A stretch of 64,000 nt of DNA from Octopus vulgaris. Taxonomy: Eukaryota. The notes beneath the pieces were generated by a model. That model saw only the letters and a list, made by a program, of their open reading frames with translations. It had not been told where the DNA came from and made no database searches. Each line of letters begins with the position of its first letter. Position 1 is the first letter of the stretch. Below are positions 12,771 to 27,354 of the stretch, in pieces. The DNA lies in contig OX597825.1 of the NCBI GenBank assembly GCA_951406725.2, forward strand, positions 61,008,001-61,072,000. The letters run 5' to 3'. Made by a program: the position numbers and the translations under genes.

Positions 12771-13283
12771 TTAGATGCCAAGAACCCTCCTAAGTATCCT
12801 TGCTCTCCCTAATAACACAGTTTTCTGCAGCTGTACTAAACTGGGTTTTATGCCTATTTCCTCTATCCATCTGTTCAGATCTTTAGGGATATTCTCCAAT
12901 GCACCTATAAATACCGAAATACGTTTTACCCGCACTTCCCATAGTCTCTGTAATTCAAAAACTAGGTCCTGGTACTTTGCTATTTTTTCTATATCTCTCA
13001 TATTAATTTTTCATCATTTGGGACTATAAATTCAGTTATCTGGCACTTTCTATTCTCTTTACCTACTACTATCAAATCGGGCCTTCTAGTTTCTACTAAT
13101 CTGTCAGTTTGAATGTCAAAGTCAAACAATAACTTCTATTTCTTACTTTCTAGTAATTTACTAAGTCCATGTTCATACCGTTTATCAGTATGTTCAAATC
13201 CGAGCTTTCTACATAGCTCCCAGTGGAATACTCTCCCTAGATTGTCATATTTTTTCCTGTATTCTTTCTGTGCCAGCATGCTA
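12771..13283 (-). pseudogene. R4/Dong-clade retrotransposon 3' fragment (endonuclease region)
   Basis: ORF 12771..13001 EKIAKYQDLVFELQRLW...QLQKTVLLGRARILRRVLGI* resembles the C-terminus of the 42174 ORF; related copy at 59983-60385. Confidence 0.85.
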
Positions 13284-13323
13284 CTTTTACTTTATTCTTA
13301 TTCTTATTCTTATTCTTATTATT

Positions 13324-13407
13324 GAATGTGAGAGCAACGGACATAAAAGCGACACTTTGGTAAAATATACACAGCCCAGTTTACCTATCATGACTTCCTC
13401 TCTGACT
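13324..13407 (-). mobile_element. 3'-end fragment of the (TAA)n-associated non-coding element (family C)
   Basis: GAATGTGAGAGC...AAAGCGACACTTTGGTAAAATATACACAGCCCAGTTTACCTATCATGACT aligns with 44374-44460. Confidence 0.75.
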
Positions 13408-14134
13408 TTCTCTCTCTTTATGTCTATTTCTAGAACAAACTAACAACGATCAAATCTGGAGAGAAATATATCCTTATGGTACCTCACTTTTAATCCTTCA
13501 GAAGTTAGAGGTTCAAGGAAAGAAGAAAACTATGTAAGTACGTACGTGTGTGTATGTATATGTATTTATGTGTGTGTGCGTGCGTCTATACGTATGTCTA
13601 CATGTGTATGTGTATATACATGTGTCTGTCTGTGTATGTCTCTGTGTCTGTGTATGCATCATACACAACACAACATGACTCAAAATGGCTGATATAAATC
13701 TATGTATTAAAAAGAGTAGCTGTGAAAAAATACATATAAAGGTAAACATATTCCTTCAATGCTCTTGATGTGTTGATTGGAAAGACTCCTTTTGCAGTTT
13801 ACTGATTGTTCCTCAGAGGATAACTTAATTCTCTTCACCAAGCTATAGAACAGAATATTCAACTATACTAGTCATAAATTTAGCCATAAATTTAATAAAT
13901 TGCTAGATTTACATATTTGTGCATTTGACTGCTGATTATTAATTTTACGATGTACTTTATGTTTAACTCAGCATGAGACAGAATGACTTATATAAATTTA
14001 GATATTAGAAAGCCTACCTGTGAAAGGAAAATATAAGAATGTAAACATTTTTCTCTATTGTTTTGTATTCTTAACCAAAATATTTCATTTCACATTGCTT
14101 CAGTAATTGGCTAACGTTCTGTTCAGGAGAAATA

Positions 14135-14232
14135 TTGGCCTGTTTGCTTAGCCAGTGGGGTGGCATCATTTGAAATCTATAACAATGTGAAGAAGTGCAT
14201 TGTGGCTAGCGAGTATAACAACATCGGATGAC
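14135..14232 (+). mobile_element. Tail fragment of SINE variant B2
   Basis: TTGGCCTGTTTGCTTAGCCAGTGGGGTGGCATCATTTGAA matches the reverse complement of ~46440-46537. Confidence 0.65.
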
Positions 14233-15226
14233 ATAATACAGTATTAGAGATAAGATACAAATAAACAAATAAGATGAAAGGATATCATTAAAAACTGAAC
14301 AATTAATGTTTTTAATTAGAGATCATTATTGATAGCAGCATTATCACAACCTGTGGCAATCATTGAATTTATGAGCGAGATGTGTATTTTAAATTTAATG
14401 TATATCTTAAATTGATGTATAATGTGAATATAATGATAAGTTGGTTAATGGGCCACAGGTTTAGGATATAAAAGATATATATCAAATGTATCAGAGAAAG
14501 GGAAACGAATGTTTATAGATAAGAAAGGAAGACTCTAAATCTAATGATTATTTTTATTATCAAGATTACCACCGTTATCATCATCAAGTGAAACAATTAG
14601 ACGATTAGATCAGGTGCGATTTAAATTAAATGAAAGATAGGTTGATGATTTGATAATACTTAACAGATTAAAATTAGCTGGAAACACCATAATTATCCAG
14701 TGGATAATTATTGATCCATTAGATCTGGAAGAACGCCAGTGAAATTTTAATTTAGGGAAAAAGAAGTGTTTCAAAAACTATATTATGTAAATTGAATTAG
14801 GGCTGATTTTTTCCCTAATTAGTAATATAAAACAAATAAAAAAAATTAAAAGTATTTAAGGAATTAAAACTTTATAAGAGCAAGAAATTGTGATCTGAAT
14901 TTAAACTTTTAATATTTTAAAAAAACATATCACATAGTTTTAAACAGAGAAAAAATATTGCTAACCAAAAATTTTAATTACAATTAAATTTTCTAGAATG
15001 AAAAATATAACTTGACTGAGAATTAGCCATTAAGCTAATCGAGACATTTTTAGTAATATTTGTAAATTTTGGCACAGGGCCAGTAGTTTTGAAGGTAATG
15101 CAAAGTTAATTATAGAGATCCCAGTATTTGACTGGTACTTATTTCACTGCCCCTAAAAGGATGAAAGGCTAATATGTGACCTTGGTAGAATTTGAATTCA
15201 GAACAAAGAAGCTAGGTACATATGTA

Positions 15227-15636
15227 GGCGCAGGAGTGGCTGTGTGGTAAGTAGCTTGCTAACCAACCACATGGTTCCAGGTTCAGTCCCACTGCGTAGC
15301 ACCTTGGGCAAGTGTCTTCTGCTATAGCCCCGGGCCGACCAATGCCTTGTGAATGGATTTGGTAGACGGAAACTGAAAGAAGCCTGTCGTATATATGTAT
15401 ATATATATATATGTATGTGTGTGTTTGTGTGTCTGTGTTTGTCCCCCTAGCATTGTTTGACACTGATGCTGGTGTGTTTACGTCCCCGTCACTTAGCGGT
15501 TCGGCAAAATAGACCGATAGAATAAGTACTGGGCTTACAAAGAATAAGTCCTGGGGTCGATTTGCTCGACTAAAGGCGGTGCTCCAGCATGGCCGCAGTC
15601 AAATGACTGAAACAAGTAAAAGAGAAAGAAAGAGAG
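15227..15636 (+). mobile_element. Family A SINE, full length
   Basis: Same structure as the 10962 copy; adjacent diverged Nin-like SINE on the minus strand at ~15065-15205. Confidence 0.92.
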
Positions 15637-15939
15637 TATCAGCGTACCGACCATTAAGTATCTCCTAACTGACTGTAACTCAGCCCTTAATTCTTTCGTT
15701 GTTCTTCTATAAGCGAAAATGATCTTTCCAGAATAGAAACCGGTCTTTTAACCAATATACCAACCAGCCTACACGTTTTGCTTGAGTTTATAGCGATGTT
15801 TATGAGTAACCTTAACCTTCAGACTTATGATAATTTCTTCCTTCCACATCACTTAATTGTCACAATTAATAGTCGATCTCTACAAGCTAGAGAGAACGCA
15901 TGGCGAATGCACGGGACTATTTATTTGACGTTAATCCAG

Positions 15940-17223
15940 TATTAAAGGATAAAAATTAGATAAACTTACACGGAAACCTCTCTAAAGTCCCAACAGGTTT
16001 ATGGGAATGAGTTTCGGTCTGCATGCAGTGTTACAAATGGAACCAAATTTTCAGTCGCAAAGACCATGTACGGAAGACGATAACAGATCAGAACAACTTC
16101 CGTGACAATGGACGTCGATTACAACGCAAAACTGTGTAGGCGTGGTTTTCCGAAAGAGTTAGCATCTGTAAAAATTCGTACAACAAGATTCTTATAGGAA
16201 AGTTGAAGAGGCATCGTGTTACTGAAAATTTGTGCCGCCGCACTAACAAGAATATGAACAAATGGAAACTGAAATCACTGCCACTTGGTGTTGTCTGATC
16301 GCTCAAAAGCTGATGAAATCCTTTTTGGAATGTATCATAACAAGTGTCAAAACGTGTGTGAAAGACAGAGATTTCGAAGCAAATAGGCAATCATTGCAAA
16401 GTGGGAAGTGAAGTTTAGAACAATATCTATTTCTTTACTACCCACAAGGTGCTACACACAGAGGGGACAAACAAGGACAGGCAAATGGATTAGGTCGATT
16501 ATATAATCGACCCCAGTGCGTAACTGGTACTTAATTAATCGACCCCGAAAGGATGAAAGGCAAAGTCGACCTCGGCGGAATTTGAACTCAGAACTTAGCG
16601 GCAGACGAAATACCGCTAAGCATTTCGCCTGGCATGCTAACGTTTCTGCCAGCTCGCCGCCTTCAGTTTAGAATAATATCATCATAACCAAATATAGGAT
16701 AGGACTCACAGCACCACAAAATGTAAGATTATTTTGACTGATTTTTCAGAGTAGAAGGTTGTAGCGTATCATGAATGTATTTCATGTGATTACAATTTTA
16801 TGCCCTGAAGCTTTTTAGAAAGGCAGTGAAATAGAAGAGAACTGAGACATGAATAAACAAAATTTAGATGCTGCACCAGGACAACTCATCTGCTCACGCA
16901 TCATGTCTTATCCGTGCACGACTTTGGACCCCCAAAAAAAATTATCTACCGATCGGGTCCCTATTAACTTCTGTTTTTCCCAAAGTTCAAATCTAGTTTG
17001 GAAGGTAACCAATTTTAAATAATAACAATGACTGTAAAAATGTCACTGCAAGAGCTGTAGGCAAATACCTAAAATCGCATTATGTAAAATGTTTCAAAAC
17101 TGGGTAAAAAAGAGAGGAATATTAAGAGTGGAAGGGCTGTTTTGATGGAGATAAATTTGATAAAATTGAAATTAAAACAGCGAATTTCCTAGATAGAGTT
17201 TCGGTTTTTCTGAACAGAACTTG
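15940..17223 (+). pseudogene. Decayed mariner transposase gene, interrupted by a SINE
   Basis: Ordered broken mariner motifs: QQVYGNE, EDD, KFVPP, FLECIITS, LHQDNSSAH and C-terminal GxFDGD; 3' TIR-like end ...CTGAACAGAACTTG followed by TA. Confidence 0.7.
16428..16664 (-). mobile_element. Young Nin/Deu-domain-like SINE with 16-bp TSD
   Basis: TSD AGTTTAGAACAATATC (16412-16427) / AGTTTAGAATAATATC (16665-16680); close match to 38917-39147. Confidence 0.92.
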
Positions 17224-18080
17224 TATGTAGGTATGTAGTCTCCTGTTTGTGTGCACGGGTGTGTATCTGTGTGGAGTGTGTGTGTGTATATGTTGCGTGC
17301 TTTTGTGCATATACTATAATTCAATGAATGCGGAATGTATAATCTCGTCTATCGAGCAATGAGAACCGTCTGTTATGTAACAACATACATTCACATGGTT
17401 ATATATGAAATTGCATGCCCAAATATATCATCGTTGTTATTGTTGTTTAAGAACATAATTTTGAATAATAATTATATCAAATACACTCACTATGAGAGAT
17501 ACGCTAAATATTCTTAATAAGAGAAAAATAAAGATTTGTTTTAGGAACCAATTGCTGAAATTTCCCATCCCCTCATTTCACACTGATTACATAATTTGTT
17601 CCAAATATATTACCATTTATTTTAAAGCTAAACCATTTTGTTTTTCGTCGAAATACAATCATGAAATCTACTTCATTGTTGGTAATTTAAATTTTTATCA
17701 TATTTGCTTTCCAAAATTTTCCGTATTACTTTAATTTACTTTCTGTTCTTCATTTACAACGTAATTCTTGTTTTTGGTTTTGCTGAAATTACATCACTAC
17801 ATGAATAATTAAGGTAGAAGAACATAATTGGTATCAGGGAAATGTGAAATTGGCAAAAAAAAAAAAGACAATAGAAGAAAAGAACAGAAAAGAAAATATT
17901 CTTAAATATTTATTTTGTACTTTTTCTATTCAGCTATGGTCACGCTTGTAGATTAAAGCGAAGCTTTCTCATGAGAATAATCCGCAAGTTTGTTTTGACT
18001 CAAAGTTGGAGGTACTTCAATACAGATCTTGCACTGATTACTTTGGAAACGGACTGAACATCACAGCATTTCTATTCACA

Positions 18081-19239
18081 TCTCTCTATATATAAACGGC
18101 AGTTTGTCTGTGTGTCTGTGTGTCTGTCAGGTTGTACCCTCACCCTGACCACGGCTTTCAACCGATTCTGATGAAACTTGACACACACATAGCCCAATGT
18201 CATAATTCAAAACTAACGCAGCGAAAATTTTGAAAAATTCCCCCAGTTCTGAAAAAAATTGATAAATTCGACATGGGGTCGAGAATCTAAGCTTTTTATA
18301 TGCAACACATTTTCTGTTGTGGTTTTCGCAACTTGCAATCGATTTTCACCAAACTCGTAGTGAAGCTTAATGTTACCCTAAGAAACTTAATTCTGACGTT
18401 AGTTTTCCATGCAATACCTTACCACCAGAAAAAATCGATAAAATCATGCCATTTTGGGAAATCGCGTTCAAATTCAAGATGACATATTTTCGACAATATC
18501 TTTCACAAATTGGCAGGAATTTTTTTTTAATTCACAGGGGAGCATCATGTCTGCTCCAAGGAGCTATATGGCCCTTTTTATTCCAATAAGATACTTTATT
18601 ACTTATCAACAATATTTACAACAATATTTACACAGTCTGTCATAATTAACGTCATAGCCGGCCCGGAAATCGAACCCGCAAGCTGGACATGCTAATTGTG
18701 TATCTAACAGCCTAACCACTAGACAAAGTGCCTCCACAAGATTTTAAATTTTCAACTCATTATTGTTTGGGTTGGACATGTTAATTAGATAGAAGACAAG
18801 AAGTAATAGGGTCAGATAAGATGCTGCCTTCTTAAACGTGAGTTACCCAACAATTAATGTTTTGCATTCCAATATATATTATTTCACACAGTTGTATTTA
18901 TACGTATACAATGAATTGATTGCTGTGTATTTAATGTTTATAAGTTTATGCTACGTATGATAGAAACAATGTTTTAGTTGAAACTGGTATGTGATAATTG
19001 TTCATTATATTATAAACAGAATAGGGCAAGCAATTATATGGAAAGAGATTGCATGTATATAGATGTTTATGCATGTCAGCATTACAGTACAATGTTCATC
19101 ACCTTTTGCTGGACATGAGATACAAAGTATACTATGCAAAACAAGTAGGCGAAAAGAAAATGAAAACACCTTACAAGGAACAAAGCGACAGAGCTCTATG
19201 GTACTTAAAGTGACTCCGTTTGGGGGTTCAATAAACTAG
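18081..19239 (+). mobile_element. Non-autonomous Helitron-like element (3' end tentative)
   Basis: A|TCTCTCTATATATAAA start, GTCTGT repeats, ACCGATTCTGATGAAACTT block; weak hairpin CTCCGTTTGGGGG then CTAG at 19236-19239. Confidence 0.55.
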
Positions 19240-19484
19240 CTTTTTATAACACTCAAGCAAAGCTTCTACAAACCTCGGAAATAAATTTGGCTGGAATTCA
19301 CTCAACTTCCCTTTTAAATTTACCACTTCTACCTGTTATGTGCCAGTCGATAGTAATTGGCCGAAAAACATCAGAATTGTTAGCATGCCGGACAAAAACC
19401 TTAGCGACTTTTCGTCCGTCTCTGTGTTCTAAGTTCAAATTCCGTCGGGATTGAGTTTGTCTTTCATTCTCTCGGAGTTCAGTA

Positions 19485-19690
19485 CATACACACACATACA
19501 CAAAAATACACATACATACATACATACATACATACATACATACATACATACATACATACATACATACATACATACATGCATACATGCATGCATACATACA
19601 TACATACATACATACATGCATACATGCATGCATACATACATACATACATACATACATACATACATACATACATACATACATACATACACA
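19485..19690. repeat. (TACA)n microsatellite; second array at 20050-20270
   Basis: Directly visible. Confidence 0.95.
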
Positions 19691-22013
19691 AACGTCTAAG
19701 AAAAAGACATTTATGGCGAATAAATGCGGAACTTACAGCTCTGGTACCCTGACTTTGAATTCTCGTTTGTACCTATTATCAAAGGTGCATTAGACTACGT
19801 ACCTACAAATTTGCACAAAAACCTAGATACATCCGGTTCCATTGAAAAAGATATTCTCCCTCTGAGATTCTTATGTGAGTAGATGCACACACTAGAGGAT
19901 AAGCATCGACAGTTCAACTAACACGCCAACTCAATCGCATATTTATAAACACCAGCAATTCTTTTAATTCAAAAATCCTTGTCGCTTTGTTAGTGATGGC
20001 TTGAGCTAGCCAAGAAAAAAACGTGAATGAAACTCAAAGAAAATCTTAAATACATACATGCATACATACAAGCATACATACATACATACATACATACATA
20101 CATACATACATACATACAAGCATACATACATACAAGCATGCATACATACAAGCATACATACATACATACATACATACAAGCATGCATGCGTGCATACATA
20201 CATACATACATACATACATACATACATACATACATACATACATACATACATACATACATGCGTACATACATCAAAAGACAAGATAATGAATCATTGATCT
20301 TAGGTTTGCAAGATTAAGGCTAACCTGATGCTAACCATCAAAAACAATTACAGTATTCTAGCGGGAGTCCTGATGAAATTATGACATTTTATTCATACAA
20401 AAAAGATATTCCACATCAACATATATCGCCATAATGTTAAAGAAGAGGAAGTGCACCAGACCAAAGATAATTGTAGAGAAAATGTTATCAGCCACTACAT
20501 CTTTTTTATATAGCAAATATCCATATACAAAGATGACCGATGATGGCTTACTTTAGCAACAATTAATCAGTAGAATAATTCATAGAAGAGTTAAGTCAGC
20601 GCAGTTGCTGGAAGGAGTGAATAATTAACATTTTGGTCTTTTGTTCTTCATTTGAAGGTAAGGAGTATATATATATAAAGAGATAAAGAAAGAATAATTG
20701 AAGCCAAAGCTACAACACTCTCTTTATGTTTCTCTCAGGTGATAAGGAAGGGTCCAAAATATTAGATCAGTCGTTTCCGACAGCAATTGAACAGACTGAA
20801 TTCTTCTACGAACTTCTCTATCTATGTTGTTATCATCACACGCATAATGTCACCGAGGTCAACTTTGCCTCTCGTATCTCTGGGAGTCTATAAGACAAAG
20901 TATCTACCAGTCAAGTGCTGAGTTTGGTGGCATTTCCTACTCTATCCCTCTTCAAATTTACTGGTGTCTAAATTAGAAATTGCTATAACTAAAAGTTGAT
21001 AAATTATTTTTCTGTAGCCTAGCTTTGAACTCATGATCAACAATTTACTGGCATACGTCTTAAAACATTATCTAGTGGACGTAGTCATCAATAGCCATCA
21101 ATAGCCTGCATTTCAATACTCAGAGCTGACAGCCTACGAGGCTCCATCCTGGATCAAATTGGATTCATTTTCAACTGAGTGGACTGGAGTAACATGAAAT
21201 GAAATGTTTTGTCCAAGAACATTACAGATCTGCTTGGCCTGGAAATCGAAATCGTAATCGCAAACTGAACCTGATGATTGTGCCTTCACAAGATCTTAAA
21301 TACTCAACTCATTGTCTAAGCTAAAAGAAATAACGAGCTGAATAGAAATAACGAATCAACATTGCAATTATTTGAAACAGAAAAAAACAAGATAAGAATA
21401 AAAATGAATACGTTAGTTTTCAGATGATTAAAGATTAAGAAATCAACCACAGTTAACAATATCAGCAACAAAAATTAATCATTGAAAATACTTTCTATAT
21501 TTTTGATATTTATTCTTTGTAGAATTTTGTAATTTTCTGCTTAATACAATTGTTTATATAGCCACACATTAAAAATTAATAAACTATTGTAATAAAATTA
21601 TATTACAGGTATTTTAAACATTGAATAATACAATATGTTGCAAATTTTAATAGTTTGCCAGACAACAGAGCTAGTAAACTGCATCAGTGAATTGGTTATA
21701 TAAGATTAAATAAATTGTAAACGTACAAACGATTTCTTGTTTCATAAATGATTGTTTCTGACGACATATGGTCTCATACAACAACAGACTTCATATTAAT
21801 TTTAATCTCAGCATGTCTCGGTACACCTTTTCTCTTTAAATAGGAAAAAGAAAATTAAAAAGATGCAGTATATTTAAGTAATATATAGTAAACAAAGGAA
21901 AAGTGTAGGCATGACAGTGTATTTAACAAGTTTGTTTACCAACCACCAGATTACGGATACCGTTCCTCTTTGTAGCGCCTTGGGCAAGTGTCTTCTAATA
22001 TAACTCTGAGCAA

Positions 22014-22253
22014 TGGCGGAAAGCTGGCTGAATCGTTGGCGAGCCGAGAATAATGCTTAGCGGCATTCAGTCTGTCTTTGTGTTCTGGGGCTAAACGAGA
22101 TCATGAACATCATAGTTATCAAATTATGCCGAGGTCGACTTTGGCTTTCATCTTTTCGAGGTCGATAAAACAAGTTGTAGCTGAGTATTGGGGTCGATGA
22201 AATCGACTTATCGCCTCCCACGAAGTCGTTGGCCTTGTGCCAAAATTTGAAAC
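22014..22253 (+). mobile_element. Nin/Deu-domain-like SINE following a partial family A head (~21905-22010)
   Basis: GCCGAGGTCGACTTTGGCTTTCATCTTTTCGAGGTCGATAAAA. Confidence 0.8.
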
Positions 22254-22569
22254 TCTCGGTTATATGGATGTGTGTGTGAGTGCGTGTATGTGTGTGTGTG
22301 CGTGTATGTTTGTCTACATTTGCGCTTTACGGAATCAGTACAAGTGGTATTGTTTCTGCCATTTCTATCAACAAATCGTCAAGTCGCCAGCTCACTTCGC
22401 GTCTTCAAAAATGTAAAATAAGACATTCCTTACTTGAAAAACAAGTTAGAGTTAGCGACAGGAAGTGTATCCGGCTGTAAAGCAATGCCTCAGAAATATA
22501 TTCATTTAACCCTTTGCGAGGATGCTATAAGGAACGCACAACGGAAATGCAGAAAATTCCTCAAATATT

Positions 22570-23108
<539 letters not shown>

Positions 23109-23423
23109 AATATGCCTCAAATATTAAAAATAAAAGAAACTTTGGACACGATGAGGGCGACAATGATGACGACGACGATGATGATGATGATGACAACTAT
23201 GATAATCATGATGTCCTTTAACCCCATGTCACTCCTGATTAAGCTGATTTATGGTTAAAGATGTTCAAACCATTGCTATACCTTCCTTTTCATCCGGCAT
23301 TGTAAACAGTGGACTGCATTATGAAGAAAATTGGTTCCTGAGACGGTACGCCATGGGTTTTGAATCTTCCTTTTTGTCTTCGCAGAATACTGGGGATTAG
23401 GGCAACTAAGAAAATTATTTGGT

Positions 23424-23815
23424 ACTCTCTTTTACTCCTTACCCTTTTACTTGTTTCAGTCATTTGACTGCGGTCATGCTGGAGCACCGCCTTTAGTCGA
23501 GCAAATCAACCCCAGGACTTATTCTTTGTAAGCCTAGTACTTATTCTGTCGGTCTGTTTTGCTAAACCGCTGCGTTACAGGGATGTAAACACACCAGCAT
23601 CGGTTGTCAAGCGATGTTGGGGAGACAAACAGACACAAACACACACATACACACATATATATACATATACATATATACGATGGGCTTCTTTCAGTTTCCG
23701 TCTACCAAATACACTCACAAGGCTTTGGTCGGCCTGAGGCTATATTAGAAGACACTTGCCCAAGGTGCCACGCAGTGGGACTGAACGCAGAACCATGTGG
23801 TTAGTAAGCAAGCTA
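23424..23815 (-). mobile_element. Family A SINE
   Basis: Reverse-complement match to 15227-15636. Confidence 0.9.
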
Positions 23816-23949
23816 ATTTTTTTTGTCTAGCACTGCGTCTGAGCTGATCAAGTACTTAGTAAGTAAAAAGAATGGTCCACCATCATTTTCGACGATGACC
23901 ATTCTGTTGGTCTATCAACTGAACTACATGTTTATGTAGTTAGTATGAA

Positions 23950-24370
<421 letters not shown>

Positions 24371-24464
24371 CAAGCTGATGTTTAACTAGGATAGTGCATG
24401 TTCTGAAATGTAAGCCATTTAAGCTGTGACATTTTCTAAAATCCCAGCACAGAATGAGTAACTA

Positions 24465-24585
24465 TATTGTCACATCAGCTTGATTATCACTTCAACCACC
24501 TTGTCACAGCAACTACATTATCACTTCAATCACATTATCACATCAACCCCGTTATCATCTCGACCATATTGTTACTTTCACTATA
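24465..24585. repeat. Degenerate ~17-bp minisatellite (ATTATCACTTCAACCAC-like, ~7 units)
   Basis: Recurring TTATCAC/TTGTCAC...TCAAC at ~17-bp spacing. Confidence 0.7.
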
Positions 24586-25760
24586 CTACTAACGTTAACC
24601 AAAATACATAACATTAATGCAGTCCTTCCCTGGAAGTGTAACGGAGGCCTCTAGAGCTAGTCCCTTTAAAATCTTGGTGTCATACTACACTGCAGAAGAC
24701 TGTAATCATTTACTGAAGGCAATTGTGGCCATCATCAATTGACTTAATGGCTATGATTTGAACCTTTCTCTTTGGGATCTCTCTTCAATTATCTTAAACA
24801 CTCTGAGGAATGACGTGGTGTTGACGAATCAACGCGCTGCATCAGTAAAGCTCTCGACTTTTGGTATTTTTTAATGAGATGACAATAAGCAGACCCTTTA
24901 ACCCTATCTGCTTTGGCCTCGCATCATCAGTACCCGATTTTCCTGGCCATATCTGAAAGCATAAATGTCACTTACGACAGAAATGGTTTCTATACCGATT
25001 TCATCAAGGGCAGGTGACATCGAAACAAACGTTTGCTCTTCCCATCGATTCCCATCTCATTTCGCCTGCTGCTCAATTGAACGTTGACTACAAGCTCCAC
25101 CAACGCGAAAAGCTGATGATCCGACTGTATATGATTAGTGCGTATTTTCCCTCTTGAAGAACTGTATTGCAGTACCAATATTGTTATACATCTTTCGTTG
25201 TGCCCCTTTTTGCAACGAGATGCCTCACGTCACCAAGTACGAAATTTCTACCTTGTTTAGTATGAAATAATATTTTTAATATACGGTTAAACGACACTGC
25301 CTGTCAAAACGTCTCCTTCGCAATGGTTTTCCGAGCACCATTAATTCACCACTCACAGCATATCTGTCGTCATTGTTTTTTAGTGGTACTCTCTTCAAAG
25401 AAGCTCATCACAATCCCGTTGCACCTACAGCAATCAGAATAAGTGAAACTGCGCACGTGAGCTGGACACGCGAACATTTCACCAACTCGTCCTAAATGAG
25501 GTGCCATCGGGTGCCGTAAAATCGCGGGCTGCCTCGTTCATTAGCATTTTCAGCATCATTTACCACATTCCAAATTGCACGTTTCATCTCGCAGTCCCAC
25601 AGTGGCTACAATGGTCAGCTAGTATCCAGCATGGACTGATTATCCAGCTAGTATCCAGCATGGCACTGATTAGCTCAGAATCAGTGTTTCTCTCGAGCTT
25701 GGGCTACGGATCTACGAACGATAGAAATATGGTTTACTTTAGACAGTTTCAAGGCATCAC

Positions 25761-25973
25761 TTGATGACGGTGAGCTTTCCCTGCGGTAAATTCATGACGG
25801 TGAATTTTCTTAAAGTGAATTGATGACGGCAAACTTTCCCTGCGTTGAATTGATGGCGGTGAATTTCCCTGTAGTGAATTGATGAGGGTGAACTTTCCAT
25901 GCGGTGGATAGATGTCTGTCAAATTTCCCTGAGTTGAATTGATGACGGTGAACTTTCCAAGCGGTGAATTGAT
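25761..25973. repeat. ~30-bp tandem repeat (TTGATGACGGTGAACTTTCCCTGCGGTGAA, ~7 units)
   Basis: Directly visible; each unit is a dimer of ~15-bp CGGTGAA(C/T)T subunits. Confidence 0.9.
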
Positions 25974-26599
25974 ATTGCCAATCGATTATTTTATTGTAAC
26001 TAAATCAACGCATGACATTTTCCAATCCCTTTCTTGCTTGAGTTTACTTATTGTGATATAGAAGCAGAGGCGTTAGAGAGTTGGACAGATTGTTTTGCAA
26101 TAATTATTCCAATTTTGCTGCATTCTGAGTTAAACTCCGACTAAAACTCAACTTTGATTTTCATCCTTTCGAGATCCAAAAATTACCAATCATATACTTG
26201 GGTAAATTCATCTCCATCTCATTCTTTCTTTCCGGTTCTGTTCTGAAACAAGTAAATCGGTAGTGGTCATATTTGGAGAAGAACGAACTCCATCAGGTCT
26301 AAAAGCGCCCAAGATACGCTATATTCCATATCGTTGCTCCAATGATTCGAGACTTGGTAAAATTTTATTTTAACTTTCGTCTTTTTTTAAGCTGTTCTTG
26401 TTTAGCCCTTATTCAGCTGTGATTAAGCAAACATACATACAATCAAATATTTGTCATGATCAGCCTGTGAGATATTTTCGAGAATGGCACATCTTGTATA
26501 AAAGCAGCCATTGTGTTTTACTCTTTATCAGAATGTAAGGTGTGATATCAGTTAAATTTTGTTGGTAACTTTACAAAATTTCAGTGATTGCAATAAACC

Positions 26600-26850
26600 A
26601 GTGGTTCTCAACCATCTTTTTTCTATGGCTCACCTTGGTTCATATATTTTATTCTGGCGGACCCTCATAACCATACGATGTTTAAAAAATATATTCTACT
26701 TTCATAATTAAATAATATTAGAAATTATATTTAAAAAATATTATAATATTTTGTATATTGTAGAAGTATGACCAATTTATTGAACATAGGTTTTAATAAC
26801 AAAATCTTATACGGACCTCCGAGGGTCACATGGATTCATTACTATAGACT
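26600..26850. mobile_element. Possible hAT-type MITE remnant
   Basis: Begins CAGTGGTTCTCAACC, typical of hAT/Charlie TIRs; partner TIR not found. Confidence 0.35.
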
Positions 26851-27275
26851 GTTTACTCACTGGTCCATTGAAAGTTTATAAGATATATACCAGCGATAGA
26901 CTACACAATTATCAACGAACTCTATACTTTCAGTTCGAAAAAAAAAAGATTAATTTTCTACCTATTAAGAGAAAAACCATCAATGTATTAAAAATGTACT
27001 AAAAAGAAATTTGTAACTCGAATTTCTTTTTTAGATTGATTTCTTTCAATTCTCAATCTTCCTTCGTCCGTGTTATTTTGACAACACCAGTTCTTTAGAA
27101 ATCTTTCTGCAAAAAAAAAAAATAAATAAATAAAAGAGAAAGAGAAAGATAGAGGGAGAGATTGACAGAAAGGGAAAAAAGTGGGGTAGGAATAGAGAGA
27201 GATAGAGAGACAAAAATGAGGAAGGAATAGAGAAGAGAGAGTGAAAAAAGATGTGTCTACACACACACACAAACA

Positions 27276-27354
<79 letters not shown>

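Noticed and set aside
25761-25973. 30-bp repeats as a CRISPR array
   Set aside because: Units are contiguous with no unique spacers, there are no cas genes, and the context is eukaryotic.
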